Assembly (NCBI RefSeq): GCF_964355755.1
Contig: NC_092675.1
Location: 21,858,912-21,922,911 of the forward strand
DNA: 64,000 nt
Direction of reading: 5' to 3'
Source: Antedon mediterranea
Taxonomy: Eukaryota; Animalia; Echinodermata
The position numbers and the translations under genes are program-made. The stretch's first letter is position 1, and each line of letters begins with the position of its first letter. The notes below the pieces were generated by a model, which was not told the origin of the DNA, made no database searches, and saw only the letters and a program-made list of their open reading frames with translations. This document shows, in pieces, positions 1 through 13,700 of this stretch.

Positions 1-50
1 CTTGCTTGTAGAGCGCTATATAAGAATGAACTATTATTAATATTATTATT
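1..50 (+). mobile_element. 3' tail of an L2-clade LINE/SINE, truncated by the window edge
   Basis: CTTGCTTGTAGAGCGCTATATAAG followed by a degenerate (TAT)n tail. It resembles the reverse complement of 25960-25997, which is attached to an L2 ORF2 remnant. Confidence 0.45.
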
Positions 51-1925
51 AGGGTGGAAGTCTCTTCAGATTACTTTGGTTGAATGGTACTAACAGTACT
101 GTCTGTATGTACAGTAGTACATGAATTCATGTTTTAATCATCTTAGGTGCAATAATACAATTAATAAATGTTTATGATTGATTGGAGCAAATATTTTCAT
201 GGAACGGAATAGACTTACTCAATGAGGTAAAAACCGAATCATGCTTTCAATTAATGTGCTCAGATTTCTGTCGCGGTAGTACACTAGTAGTAGGCATTAT
301 AAATGGCGAACTCTACAGGTGTACTTACTACCTTTACAATATAGACTTCTAATTTGTGACTACCTACCATACACTTTTCAGAGGGGCTTTCCCATAAATG
401 TAGATCAAATCAAATATTTGAATAGTTTGTATGTGTTTCAGTACGTCTGTAATTGGGCAAAATTGTTGGAGTACCTGGAAATTCTGAAGTACCAGACAAA
501 CATACTCAATTCATAAGAGGTAAGAATAGAATGATGGGCAAGAACAACATAAAGCTGTGATTAAGCAGTTCTGTCCAGATTCTCAATACCCTCCGGAGAA
601 CCTGAAAATTGGATGTAAATTGCACCTAGCATGACTAGGAGATACTAACTTTATTTAACATAACTTTTAAAAAATGATTTTAATATATAAAAATATAAAA
701 GAGAAAATGAATGGAATGGACATAATATCTATAAACACTGAAAGGTTGTGAAGAAACATAAAAATAAATTATAAGTTTATGATATTAGAAACAATGAATT
801 CAAACCTTTATGTTTTTACCTTTATGATAATATTGTATGCAAATGAGATGCTAATTAATTATGTATGTATGATTTACAAGAATGTTCATAATAATATATT
901 TATATTTATTACTTTAAAATCATAAAAAAATAACAAAATACATTCTATAATATTCCTTATGAACAGATTACTGGTAGATAAAATATTACAATATTAATCA
1001 ATATTACAGTTAGCTTTTTAGAAGTTTATGGTACCCTATACAAAAGTGGTATAACCCATTGCCTGAAAGGTCAATTGCCTGAGGCATACAGCAAAGCAAA
1101 CTAGGGGAGGACTCAACAATCTTTACAGATCCTTAATCAAATTCGTATTGGTCCCATTTAACAATTATATCATTATCAAGGGTCTATATTATGGAAGAAT
1201 TGGTTTTCAAAATCATCAGTTCCATTCTGTTCCATCTTCTTTCTAAGTTTTCTTCACAACAAACAACAATTTAACGATCATTGCACCAAAAAAAGAATTA
1301 AATCTTTGGGGATTTCAATTCAAAACATAAATTTGAATGCATACATTAACAACCTTTGAAAAAACTGTTTGTTGATAAAATGATATATTTGTTTGCAGCA
1401 TGTTTGTGGTTTAATATATTATCATCTTGTTATTGTTACTCTTCAACTTTTAACAGTTTATATATGTACAGTATTATTAAAATTATAAATCGTTTTTACT
1501 GCAAAATTTATTCATAATTAATATTAGGAATTACAATGCAACAGTTGGTCTATTGTTAGTACCGGTAATTAATTCAAGTTTCACAATCCATGCGCCATCA
1601 ATGTTTATACCACGCAGGAGAATTTTTTCTAACTACAGTACAACATGCATCGGCATGTCTCGATTGTATATCGTGGGAACATTAAAATCTGCCATTGTAA
1701 TAAAGTATCAACAGTACTCGTTTAAACAAATAGCTTTGCATAAAAAGATGTTGGAAAGTTGCTTGGAAGACACAAAATTACAATTCTGTAACATGTTGTA
1801 GCACTTGTGAAACGTTTGTGCTATCGTCCACGCAAAAAACGCAATGTAACTTGCGAGCCAAGTCCTCAACAATTTTAAGCCTCTGTTCACATTGCACTAA
1901 AAAATGAAAACCAGCTTCCAATTAA

Positions 1926-2955
1926 CACTTTGACTGCCAAACACGAAGATTTTCGTTTTTGGAAACACAATGCTTGACTGCCAAAAACGAAGATCTTCGT
2001 TTTTCGCGTTTTTTTTCGAAATCCTTTAGATAGGTTAATTATTGGTATATACTATAAATATGAACACTATATTCGGTCTGGACCGTCAATATTTTACAAT
2101 TTGAAAGTAACTAATCTGGTTACGAACGACTGTCAAAATGGTACCTGTCGAAATAACAAACACCGCGCATCACAGTAGCGCGTAGAGCGATGGCTTGGCG
2201 CATTGTGTATCGGTCGCGCGCTAGCTATGCCGCCGAAGCATTACAAAGGTTTTTGTGGATTGACATGTTTGTTTGTTATCTGAATAAAAAATAATGGAGT
2301 CATTTTCAATATGAGGTCTTTAATTTTATTATTGTATGTATACCCTAATTGTTTTGGTGTTTTACTGAAAGTGACCGAGTTTCACGCAACAAACTTATTT
2401 TGAAATGGTATGGTTTTTATCAACAGTTTACTATCTCCTAGGCCTAGGCTAGTAGTACTAGGCTAGCCTAGCCCTAGTCGTAAAACGGTTCCGGACCAAC
2501 TTTAGGCCTGGTTAACTAGGCTTGGTGTCTTTACTATGTGGATTTTGGCGAAACATTGATGTAAGATTTATGATTTATAAAATGTAATACATTTTTCGAT
2601 AGTGATAACTTGTTTTTATAGGCCTATCGGTGCCGTGTAAGTAACTTTTTCGTTGTTTGTTGATCTCACCGGGCGATATTTTCATATTGTGATTATCTCG
2701 ACTTTCTTGCGCGAAACTACGAAAAATTCAAAAAGTGGGTTACTTTCATTTTACTATTACGATTTACATATTGCGATTTAAAAATCGTTCTTGGTACCAT
2801 TGTAAAGCTAAAATCTTTATGATTATTTTAGTCTAAATTACATATAAATCAGATTACATACATGGTTTCAATCAGCTTTAATAAAAACATCGAATTGGGC
2901 TAAAAACGCTGGCGGTGGCAGTTTCTAACTGGAAAAACCTCTGGCAGTCAAAGTG
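1926..2955. mobile_element. non-autonomous piggyBac-like element (MITE)
   Basis: Perfect 14-bp TIR CACTTTGACTGCCA...TGGCAGTCAAAGTG flanked by TTAA (1922-1925, 2956-2959). Subterminal direct repeat TGACTGCCAA..CGAAGAT..TTCGTTTTT at about 1931 and 1975. No transposase ORF. Confidence 0.8.
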
Positions 2956-5900
2956 TTAATAAACATTATACACTCTACTGTAAAAAATTATTATTAATAC
3001 CGGTAATCAATTTCAGCGCAAATAATTATCATAATCAGAACCAATTTTCGTGTTAAATAAAAACAAAATTGAATAGAATTCAACCATATTCTTTTTAAGT
3101 AGTGCTGAAAACAATCTCCCCTATTACAAAATGGACTATACTACACTAACTATTGAGCTAAATGCTAAGCTCTGATAATGTCAGAAAACATGCTAACTGT
3201 ACAACATACTACAGTAGCAAATAATATGCTAATATGTCTTCTTGCCATAGAACCTCCTTAAAAACGTTTAAATCTATCATAATTTACAGTTAATGCTTGG
3301 CACCTATATTTATTTATTTCATTATTTTAAAACATAATAATAATATTGCTTTCCCTCAGTCAGAGGGGGCAGGCAGGAGTGGGGACATTTGAACAACTAT
3401 AGATTATGATTTTTTTTAATGTTATTTACTTTGTTCTGCTATACCTACAGTAGTTATACTGTAGGGTTCTCATTAGGATAAATAATTCTATAAAGGACCA
3501 ACACAAATTTAGCTCTGGAGACACATTCAAACGAAGTTGGCACATAATAGCCAGGACAGTATATACCACTTTTGCGATTTCAAAAATGTGAAATATGCAA
3601 TATTTAATTGAATTGTAAAAAACATTTAATATCTCATCATTTCTTTGTTTATCGATCATTTAAATCTTGCGCAAAAATACTTCATGGCAGATCGTCAATT
3701 AATACGTTGCTACTTTGTTGTACTATGGTAACATTATTTTTCACACAATGGGTTCATAAACGATTTTAAATATAAAATAAATATTAAAAATAAATTATTT
3801 TTAGATTTTAAAGAAATTAGTAGAAATGCACTTTTAGTTAAAGCTAACATTAACAAGAGAACATAAGATTACCGAAAGATTCAAAGAAGTATTCAAACAG
3901 TATAACAAATACCAAATAAGTGTTTCTTTGACTTAAAACCCCAATCCCTCTCACTCCCATATAAGGGATACTGTAGTCCTCTAAAGGGGACACTTTCCCA
4001 TGAAATATGAATATGGGAATATAAATGTGATAAAGTGACCATTACACTATGGCCGTGAACCACGGCCATCTGTTAATCTGTTAATTTTGTGTTAAAAAAA
4101 GATTTAAAATTTAGTTTGGTTGTCATGACTACTGTGAAACGTCTTTTCAGGTAGGTTACCAGCTTAGCGTTGGTCATGATTAGTGACAAATCCAACAACC
4201 AATAGATTTGTTTTATTTTGAAAACGTCATTTAACCAATTATTTGAAATTTTTACCATTTTTTGCAGGAAAGAAAGTTAAGGTAATTTTGTAAAATTTTG
4301 TTTACAATTACAAAAGTTAATTGCAGAAACGAATCCTTATAGATGATAGTGATTAGTATGAGAACAAAGTAAAATTTCAAAGAAAGCGCCTGAAAGATCA
4401 TCGCTGAGGTTAATCGTAAATCTTCATCAGAATGTACACTAAAGTTTATCGAAATCAAAAACATTTTGAGAGATGCTCGATGCTGAAACGGTTTCCACGG
4501 CACAATTGTGGTCTTAACTTAACGTCATCTCAGAAGGTCACTAAATGGCGTGAGCATTTGACTACTCTGTGTGGATGATAATGACATCATTATACAACCA
4601 CAATGATCACCAAATGAGAAATCCGTTTTAGTTTTACTACAAATTAGGCTGCATGTGATTTTTGTTTAAAATCCGGTTTTCAATAAAACTGTTTTTTTTT
4701 TAATTTTCTATAAAAACAGGTCGCTAAGATTTTTAGAGTAAGTAGAGTATAGTAGATATGAAAGCTTAACAAAACCTAATAATAATCTTATTTTGCACCG
4801 GTTTCCATAAAAAAAATAAGATTTTCATGCGCACTAACACAACAACAATGCAATGAATGAAAAATCATGTTGTAAAAAGGCTGAAACCTTCAATTTTAAC
4901 AGTTCACACTAGGGGTAGTGTGTACTTAAAACACAATACAATAAAATCTTATTGAATTATGTTCTTACTGGTATAAACAATAATAACATTTAATACACCT
5001 TCCATAAATACAGCATACAGTACAAACCAATAAAAACATTGAATTACATTACATAAGAAACAATCTTTTGCACATTACTGTAAAACGCAGTGGTTAACAT
5101 GTACAGTAGAGTATTTAAACGATATACAGTATTTGGTTTGATTTTCACACCAAAAGAAGTGTTTCTATTGGTTGAAATACTGAACGCTTGACTAGTCAAT
5201 TACAGTGTATGATAAATATTACAAATAATTTATTAGAAATATGATAATTAACACAAAAAAGTGATAGATTTACAAGTGAATTTAAATATCAATTTATTGG
5301 TAGAATAATAATTATAAATCTGTTTCACTTTCCTTTTATACAGTACCATAGCAATTAAATTATATTTAAATAAAAGAATCATTTATAATAAATTGTATTG
5401 ATTGGACAAAATTCCAAATAAGATGAGGACATATTAATTTGATACTGTTGAGCATGCATACAATTGAGAACAATATGTAGTGCTGTTCTATCGTACCCAC
5501 CGGAGGGTGTTAAAGAGTCCCTGTCCAATCAAATTTGAAAGCCCCAATGGTCTAATGGTTAGGAAATGGTTCCGAGTTTGTATCTCGGTTGGGGCAGTTT
5601 TTTTCTGATTCTCAGATTTCCTCATCTTTATTGTTTCAAAATTTTATATACTGGATACTGTACATTTTATAACAGCACAATGGGAATACTAAATGAACGT
5701 TCATGGTTGAATTTCAGTAAAAACATTGCACATTTTCTGGTTTATATAAAGTTACATCAGGTATAACTGTAACTGGTCATAATATTAGTGTTACTGTACT
5801 GTTAATATAATTTAACACTGATAGTTACTAATTATTTTAAAGGACTGAAAATAAAAAATTATCTTTCTTTTTACAAATTTCCTGTCATTCGACAATAAAA

Positions 5901-6942
5901 TGATAATAATATGAACTTAAATTGAGCATTGGTTTCCAATGCGACTAACACAATTAATTGACATTTACTGTATCTTTGAAGGAATACTTTTGTTACAAGT
6001 TGGCTCAATAGAAAATAAATATAATCAATTAAATTTCTCGGAACAAGACATGTGCATCAAGTGAAACTAAATTGTCTAAATGGCTTATGTTATGTTAACA
6101 TACAGTATTGCGCTTTGTAAGCACAGTGTGTAACATTGGCACATAATATTCTCAGTTTTAATGACCCATTGAATCTGATTTTAACTCACTGTAATAGGTC
6201 AAGGGTTAAAATAACTCTTGAAAATACAATTTTAATTCACAATATATTTAATAATAATTGTGTTTAAAAACATGGTGTTTTACGATTGACTAAGTGTGTG
6301 TTCTAATATTGTTTTGGTCTTAAAAAAGAAAATGTCCATGATGCAATATATCAGGCAAAATCAACGTACATTAGCAGCATCAAATGGGTGACATTTCTGG
6401 CCATAATGTTGCTCACATTCAGTATGTATAGAACAATATATTGATTGTTCAATCTGTTATGTCAAACATGCATAATTACATATAGGAGAATAGTGCATTG
6501 GAAAATAATAGAAAACACAGAGCAAGTATACAAAAGAGAAAACAAAGAAATTTACAAGGCTAAATTATCTATTGTAAAAAAATTGAGTTAAATACAGACA
6601 AAGATGAAACAAGAAGGTAGAAACTAAAATATTGTATAAAATAAACAATACTGTTTGCTTTAAAACAATTTTTAAGTTTAAAAAATGGTATGAAATGCTA
6701 AAATTGATGTATCATAAAAATGTATACCACATGATATAAAAGTCTGTTTTATTTGATTTGGTTTAATTGAAAGGTACTTGGAGCATGGATTATAGGTCCA
6801 TGTTTGGAGAAAACATTTTTTAAGTAAATTAATTTTTATATTAGGTTTCAACAAGTTAAAATTAAAAATGCATTTTGTGTGATTATTTGGTCATTTTTAG
6901 GGGACAAAAACATCTTTAGTATTGAATATGTAAATGACTTAC

Positions 6943-9276
6943 ATAATCATGAAATGCCTTGGCCTCACTTGAATGTTCACATGTTTCTCGTCTTTCTGGT
7001 GCCGCACAATATAAATCCCAAAACACACTGAAACAAAATCAACATAACAATGTGTAAACTAAACTTTAAATAAAGTTGCCATAAATAACAAAATAAAAAA
7101 CTTATCCTTCTTTACTCACTGAAGTACTATATTATTCATTTTGTGCATAATAATCAAATAAATATACTGTGAATATATTATATTGTATAGTAAGCTAAAA
7201 ACAGCAGACAAAAGAGTTCAATAAAAAAGGACAGTAGAGATTTTTATGCGAGGTTTAAGATTCCTTTGTGATTAATGACGAATAAAGTTTTACTTTGACA
7301 TACAGTACAGTAGGTTAAGAGCCCATCATTACTTTGTATGTAACAAATCTACAAATATTATTATTATTATATCAAAATTTATAAAGCGTCAATTCAAAGG
7401 CCGAGGTACAAAATCAAAGGCGCTGGGCATGTTAGTGGTCGAAAAAATGAGTTTTGAGCAATTTTTTAAATAAGGCAACAGAAGAGCAGTGTTTAATTTG
7501 TGGGGGGAGTGAATTCCAGAGTGTGGGTGCTGCAAAAGAAAACGATCTATGACCAAAGGTTTTAGTGGCTAAGCGTGGAACAGAGAGTAAAAAATCATCA
7601 GATGATCTAAAAGTCCGTCCAGGAACATAAAAGGTGATTATTTGATGGATGTAAGCAGGTTGGTTGAAAAGAAGTGCTTTAAAAGTAAGGAGCAAGATTT
7701 TAAATTTGATTCGATTGTCAATCAATGAGCCTCTGCTTTCATTAGTTTGTGTTTGCACAGTTAAATTTGAGGATATCAGTATTCATATTTCATTGCGACG
7801 TGTTATTCCACAAAAAAGGGAGATTTTGCATCAGTTTATACTGTAAACAAAACTGTTTTTTTTTATTTGTTTGGGAAAGAGGTTGGTCAAGAGGAAAGGA
7901 AAAATATGGTACATTTTTTACCCATTACAAAAAAGATTAATATAATGGAATATGTTTTTTTAACACTAAAGATAAATTGAAATCAAAATTCCATTAAATA
8001 TTTTCATTATTAGGCCTATGTAAAGAAAAATTCCAAATAAACGTTTGAGTGAAAACAAGACGTCAAAAATCAATACCATAAAACACTATAGAGGGTACTA
8101 CCAAAAACACTATAGAGGGCACATAAAGTTACGAATTTGTTTTAAAGTAATTTTCAAAATAACATAAAATTGATAAGCTTTAACTTATAGAAGGAGTATA
8201 CAGAGGAGGCAACAATTATGTATCTACAGTTAATGTACCGGTAGTATACATGACATTTGTTATTTTATACAATACATGGTAGTACCAGGTTGACCATAAA
8301 GAACTCTATGAGAGAAAGGGTTAAATTTAATTTTTTTATTATTATTTATATAATTATTAATTATTTTAGGTATTATATTCTAATTACTATAATAACAATA
8401 ATTATTATAATAAATAAAATATTCAAACTTCTTTTGGTTTCAAACAAAGAAAAAAAGTAATAAACAAAAAAAAGTTAAAAGAATACAAAATCTTGGGTTT
8501 ATCCATTATGATTTAGGGGTTGGAAATCAACTCTCTAGGCAAAGCTGTATAAAAGTTATTGTTCTCCAGCATATACTTACCACCACCAAGAATGTAAGAA
8601 CCCAGGAGGCTCTCCTAACGTTATGTTTTTCTCCCATCTTATCTGTATAAAAAATGCATAAAAAATTTTGTTTAAAAAATTAGCAGTCTTTTAGTATAAA
8701 TAAATAATAAATTTTAAATAATATTTATAAAAATTCATATTCTTTATCAACTTAATTTTATTATTAGCGATGTTTTGTGTGGTGTAGCATAAGCCAATGT
8801 TATTGTTTGTTCCATTCAGGGATCGGCTCAAAAATGTGTGTCGGGTCAATCTACCTACCAGGTCAACTTTTCAAAAGAATAGAATTTCAGTAATTTATAA
8901 CAATAAACTGATCTTACCTCCGAAAGAAATGTTTGTGCTGCTTTTTGTGCCCCAACATGGAGTAAATATTCATATACATACAGTGCTAATCTGAAACAAA
9001 AATGTATATAAATGTACTAATACGTTTAAATTTTGAATAAGATAACGGAGATGAACAATAAATGGAACAGCAAAGTAAGATGGTGGACACAGCACAGTTA
9101 TTTTCGTATTCAGCGTAAACTTAACCGATTTTAACCGTTCAAAAGCACAAAATAGCAAAACAAATAGGTCTGGATTCATATTTTGCACCAGAATTTTGAA
9201 ATAAAAAATTAGAAACTTACTTTTCTCTAGCTTGACTGTCCGACGGTACTGTGGACCCTTTTCCTTTGGAGTACAT
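6943..9276 (-). CDS. SSBP3: single-stranded DNA-binding protein Ssdp/SSBP2-3-4 ortholog (LisH/LUFS domain), first four coding exons; remaining exons not found in the window
   Basis: Exons 9276-9221, 8990-8918, 8642-8581, 7027-6943 have GT-AG boundaries and consistent phases. They translate [92 protein letters not shown], nearly identical to the SSBP N-terminus. Paralog number is nominal for an invertebrate. Confidence 0.95.
7357..7722 (-). mobile_element. 5'-truncated L2-clade LINE remnant (ORF2 C-terminus plus 3' tail) in SSBP intron 3
   Basis: ORF 7432-7758 contains [14 protein letters not shown]...[27 protein letters not shown]....[10 protein letters not shown], typical of the L2/Crack ORF2 end. 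It is followed by a CAGCGCC...GCTTTATAAAT 3' end and a (TAA)n tail. Confidence 0.85.
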
Positions 9277-10739
9277 GCTTCGCTAGTTGAACTGTCACGC
9301 ACCTGTCAAGCGAGTGAGGCCAACTCTGACCTCGTCTCTATGGCAACCTTGAAATAATCTATAACGTGATTGGTTTAAATAAAAAAGAGTCATCAAGTTT
9401 CTTGAAACTGCTGAACAAAATTGATTGTGATCGAAAAGGGTACGGTATACAATTCGCTTAATCAATTAGGTGGCCAAATATGTTTTGATTGTGAAATGAA
9501 ATAATATTATATATTGATATTTCAACTTCTTTCGTTAATTGAAATTAATTTTTTTTAATTGTTTTTATTATTTATCCAGTATATACGTTCTATTGAAAAT
9601 AACCTTTCATCATTTACCTCATTTGTACCATTCCACTCATAAACATTACTGTCATTATTTTGTGGAGTATTTATAATCTTATGTTGATAGTTTAGTGCCC
9701 TTTCTAACATTCTTTGTATTTAAAATGTGTGTATTACTTGAATTTATTTTGCTTCTCCTGGAGATATAATTTCAAATAAGTAAATAATATAATGCAAATA
9801 GTAAATGTAAGTATTACGTGTACTAAGCGTGGTTCCCACTAGCGACGCAACACAAGGACGTAACGCAACGCAAGTGAATTGACCAATCACAAGCGATGGC
9901 TTATTCGCTTTTGTTTGCTAACTGTCTATAACTTCGCTTGTCATTGGTTAAAACGCTTGCGTTGCGTTTACGTCCTTGCGTTACGTTCTAGTGGGAACCA
10001 AGCTTTATACACAAATCCTTTACAAAAAGTATTTGTATGTTGAAAATTACCTTTTTAGCAATTGCCTCGTGTATATTTTTTTTAAATATGGTTCTAGTAG
10101 GTATCTAAAACTTTTAAAACAATATTTAAACTTTCTAAATCCATAATTTAATCTGATGTTTTATTTTTGCTTAATTTCAAAAAGTAGGCCTACGCCTATA
10201 AATTGCCTATTGATCAAATCATAGAGATAATCAACAAACAGTTGACGGAATAGAATCATCACTTTTGAAAGGTCCTCCTTTGAAAGAGGGGGAGGGGTGA
10301 ATCTCTCAAGAACAATAAATAAGCGTTGGTAATTTTACACATTTTTTCCTTTTGTTATAAATAAATTTTCAATTTAATCATTTTAAATATTTTATATTTT
10401 ATTTATTTACTAGATTATTTAATTTAATTACAGAAATGTACTTTTACTAAAAAAAATGAATTGAATTCATAGATACAATGAGGCGAGCAAAGCATCGAGT
10501 ATGCAAATAAGATCTAGAAACTACTTTGTGGGCGGAGTCGGTGTTTAAACTCTGCAGATGCATCATGGCTTCTCTCTCGCGCGCGAGACTGTATGTATGG
10601 ATAGGATCGAAGCGCGGGCGTGTGTGGTCGTCGTGGCGGCTCGACGCGACGACGGCGGCGGGAGAGAGAGAGAGAGAAATGGGAAAACCCAACCTGTTAA
10701 GCGCGTAGATAGGGGCTGGCCCCATGAATACTGTATAAA
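9277..10739. promoter_or_regulatory. divergent promoter interval between SSBP and ATG10
   Basis: Start codons at 9276(-) and 10740(+). X-box-like GTCTCTATGGCAAC 9334-9347, ATTGG 9370-9374, CpG-rich segment about 10480-10725 with GGGCGG (10530-10535) and (GA)n. Confidence 0.6.
9826..10004. mobile_element. Harbinger/PIF-like MITE
   Basis: TIR AGCGTGGTTCCCACTAG...CTAGTGGGAACCAAGCT with internal inverted arms and CTA/TTA flanks. A related degenerate copy lies at about 39718-39835. Confidence 0.7.
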
Positions 10740-13700
10740 ATGACCTTCCTGACTGAGATTGACTTCAATACATGTCTTAAGCATTTTATTGAGGTGTCAA
10801 ATAGTATCAATGATACATGGGAATTGGTGACATTCGAAGAGGTAGGCTAGGATAGGCCTTTGTAGAGAAAAGGCAATTACCATCACACACAAACGGCATA
10901 TAGGCTAGGCCTACTATAGCCTAGCTAGGCCCTTGCATACAATAATTTTACAGTACAGACGTACTGTACTGGCATGGTAGGTTGCCCAATCTGGTGACTC
11001 CTCCCCTACTGTAGTAAGGTGGTCTGGCCCGAGTGAGGGAGCTACTGTGCCTAAATTAATCCAGGGATAATAAACAATTTAAAAAACTTTGAAAATTGTG
11101 TACTTATAATTTTTCATAAATAATAAGTTTGAGCATGGAGGTTTATACGTACCTACGGTGGCCCACAACTGTCGCGCACACTATAACACAGAATCACACA
11201 ATTAAAGAAGGAATCACACAACACAATTAAAGAAGAAATCGCACAATTAAAGAAGAAATCGCACAATTAAAGAAGAAATCGCATATAAACAAAAGAAAGC
11301 ATGAAAATATAAAACGAAATGCACAAATAAAAAAGAAACGCGCAATTAAAGAAGAGCTACTAAGCACAATTCAAGAAGTCCGCAACAAATTCAAAAGCTC
11401 CTCGCACAATTCAAGAAGTCCGCAACAAATTCGAAAGCTCCTCGCACAATTAAAGAAGTCCGCAACAAATTTGAAAGTACCTCGCACAATTAAAGTACAG
11501 TAGTCAGTATGGAACGCCATCGCTGCCTCCGGCAGCAAATTTTAATTCTATTCGGCTCTTTTACTATTACGTTCGGCTCTTTTAGCATTCAGCGCATTTC
11601 TATTCGGCCCATTTACCATTCGTTCGGCTCTTTCAGCATTCTGCGCATTTCTATTCGGCCCATTTACCATTACGTTTGGCTCTTTCAGCATTCGGCTCTT
11701 TTTTATTCGGCCCATTTACCATTACGTTCGGCTCTTTCAGCATTTGGCTCTTTTTTTTCGGCCCATTTACCATTACGTTCGGCTCTTTTTAATTTGGCCC
11801 TTTTTTATTCGGCTCTTTCTGCATTACGTTCGGCTCTTTTTGATTTGGCCCTTTTTATACGGCGCAATTAAATTCTAACCTTTTACATGGGGTCAAATGG
11901 AAGAAAATCAACGGCTGGAAATGAGTCTATGAAAAGTTTATAAAACATATAGATGCAGCATGTAGAGTGTTTGGTTGGTTGAATTAAATGAATTTGAAGG
12001 CTATTTCAATATGACTAATCATTTTATTGACATTACCAATGTGTTAGAGAACTTGCAATTGTCCCACCTTATTGACCATTTTGAGAGAGAAAAGGTTTGA
12101 TTTATGGCCTAGGCTAGTAAGGCCTAGCCTAGTGTCAGCCTAACATTTAATAATAATAATTTACCCTTTCTCTCTAAAAATTTGTTAAAAGATTAATTAA
12201 TTTTTTAGGTTATTCAACCCATCTTTAATCGGTTGGCTACTCATGGTTGGCGCCATGATGATGAAATGTTTCCAGTCGTTGATTTTCTTCTATTTGACCC
12301 CATGTCAAAGGTTAGATTTTAATTGCGCCATATGAAAAAATGGCGATTTAAAAGAGCCCAACGTAATGCAGAAAGAGCCAAATAAAAAAGGGCCGAACGT
12401 AATGGTAAATGGGCCGAATAAAAAAGAGCCGAACGTAATGGTAAATGGGCTGAATAGAAATGCGCCGAATGTTGAAAGAGCCGAATGTAATGGTAAATGG
12501 GCCGAATAGAAATGCGCCGAATGCTAAAAGAGCCGAACGTAATGTAAGAGCCGAATAGAATTAAAGTTTGCTGCCGGAGGCAGCGATGGCGTTCGTAAAC
12601 TTTTCATAGACTCATTTCCAGCCGTTGATTTTCTTCCATTTGACCCCATGTAAAAGGTTAGAATTTAATCGCGCCGTATAAAAAAGGGCCAAATCAAAAA
12701 GAGCCGAACGTAATGCAGAAAGAGCCGAATTAAAAAGAGCCGAACGTAATGGTAAATGGGCCGAATAAAAAAGAGCCGAATGCTGAAAGAGCCGAACGTA
12801 ATGGTAAATGGGCCAAATAGAAATGCGCCGAATGCTAAAAGAGCCGAACGTAATGGTAAATGGGCCGAATAGAAATGCGCCGAATGCTAAAAGAGCCGAA
12901 CATAATGGTAAAAGAGCCGAATAGAATTAAAGTTTGCTGCCGGAGGCAGTGATGGCGTTCCATACTGACTACTGTACTTTAATTGTGCGAGAACTTTCGA
13001 ATTTCTTGCGAACTTCTTTAATTGTGATTTGTGCGAGGAGCTTTCGAATTTGTTGCGGACTTCTTTAATTGTGCGAGGAGCTTTCGAATTTGTTGCGGAC
13101 TTCTTTAATTGTGCTTAGCTCTTCTTTAATTGCGCGTTTCTTCTGTATTTGTGCATTTCGTTTTATATTTTCATGCTTTCTTTTGTTTATATGCGATTCT
13201 TCTTTAATTGTGCGATTTCTTCTTTAATTGTGTGATTCCTTCTTTAATTGTGTAATTCTGTGTTATAGTGTGCGTGACAGTTGTGGGCCACCGTATATAC
13301 CTCCATGGTTTGAAGAGATCCCAGTTTGAAATCAATTTTTATTTTTATAAACAAATTAATATTTTACTAATTTTAGATAATAAAGAAAAAATAAAAAGAG
13401 AAATGGGATACTTGGAGTCTGATTCTGAGAGCTGAATTTTGTCGGTATTTTTTTTCAGCAAGTTCGACACACGGAAAGAAAGCAGTATTTGGTGAAAAAA
13501 AACGTTCCAAGATTATTAGAGAGATCACAGAAAAATATTACTAATGACACTGTTTTTCAATGTGAGGAAGATTTGGAAACAGTCAAGGTACTTTTCAATG
13601 TCAACATTCATGGGTCCCATCATGCCTAGCGACAATTATTACACCCTGCATCGTGCCTGCTATCTGCAGTCTCATGTATCACTATGGGATGAAGGTTTCT

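Noticed and set aside
4045-4920. CACTA...TAGTG termini suggesting an EnSpm/CACTA element
   Set aside because: Inverted match is short and no TSD is evident.
1-6900. Downstream SSBP exons (Pro/Gly/Met-rich region)
   Set aside because: No convincing exon found by eye; probably beyond the left edge of the window.
6977-8637. Small membrane peptide [19 protein letters not shown]...
   Set aside because: Alternative frame of SSBP exons 3-4; the SSBP frame explains the sequence.
10447-10784. Four overlapping short ORFs
   Set aside because: By-product of GC-rich promoter sequence; the real ATG10 start is 10740.
11509-11871. 120-aa ORF
   Set aside because: Translation of tandem subrepeats inside a foldback arm.
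13377-13444. Possible extra ATG10 exon after TTTTAG
   Set aside because: Stops in all three frames; the 13459 acceptor gives the continuous frame.
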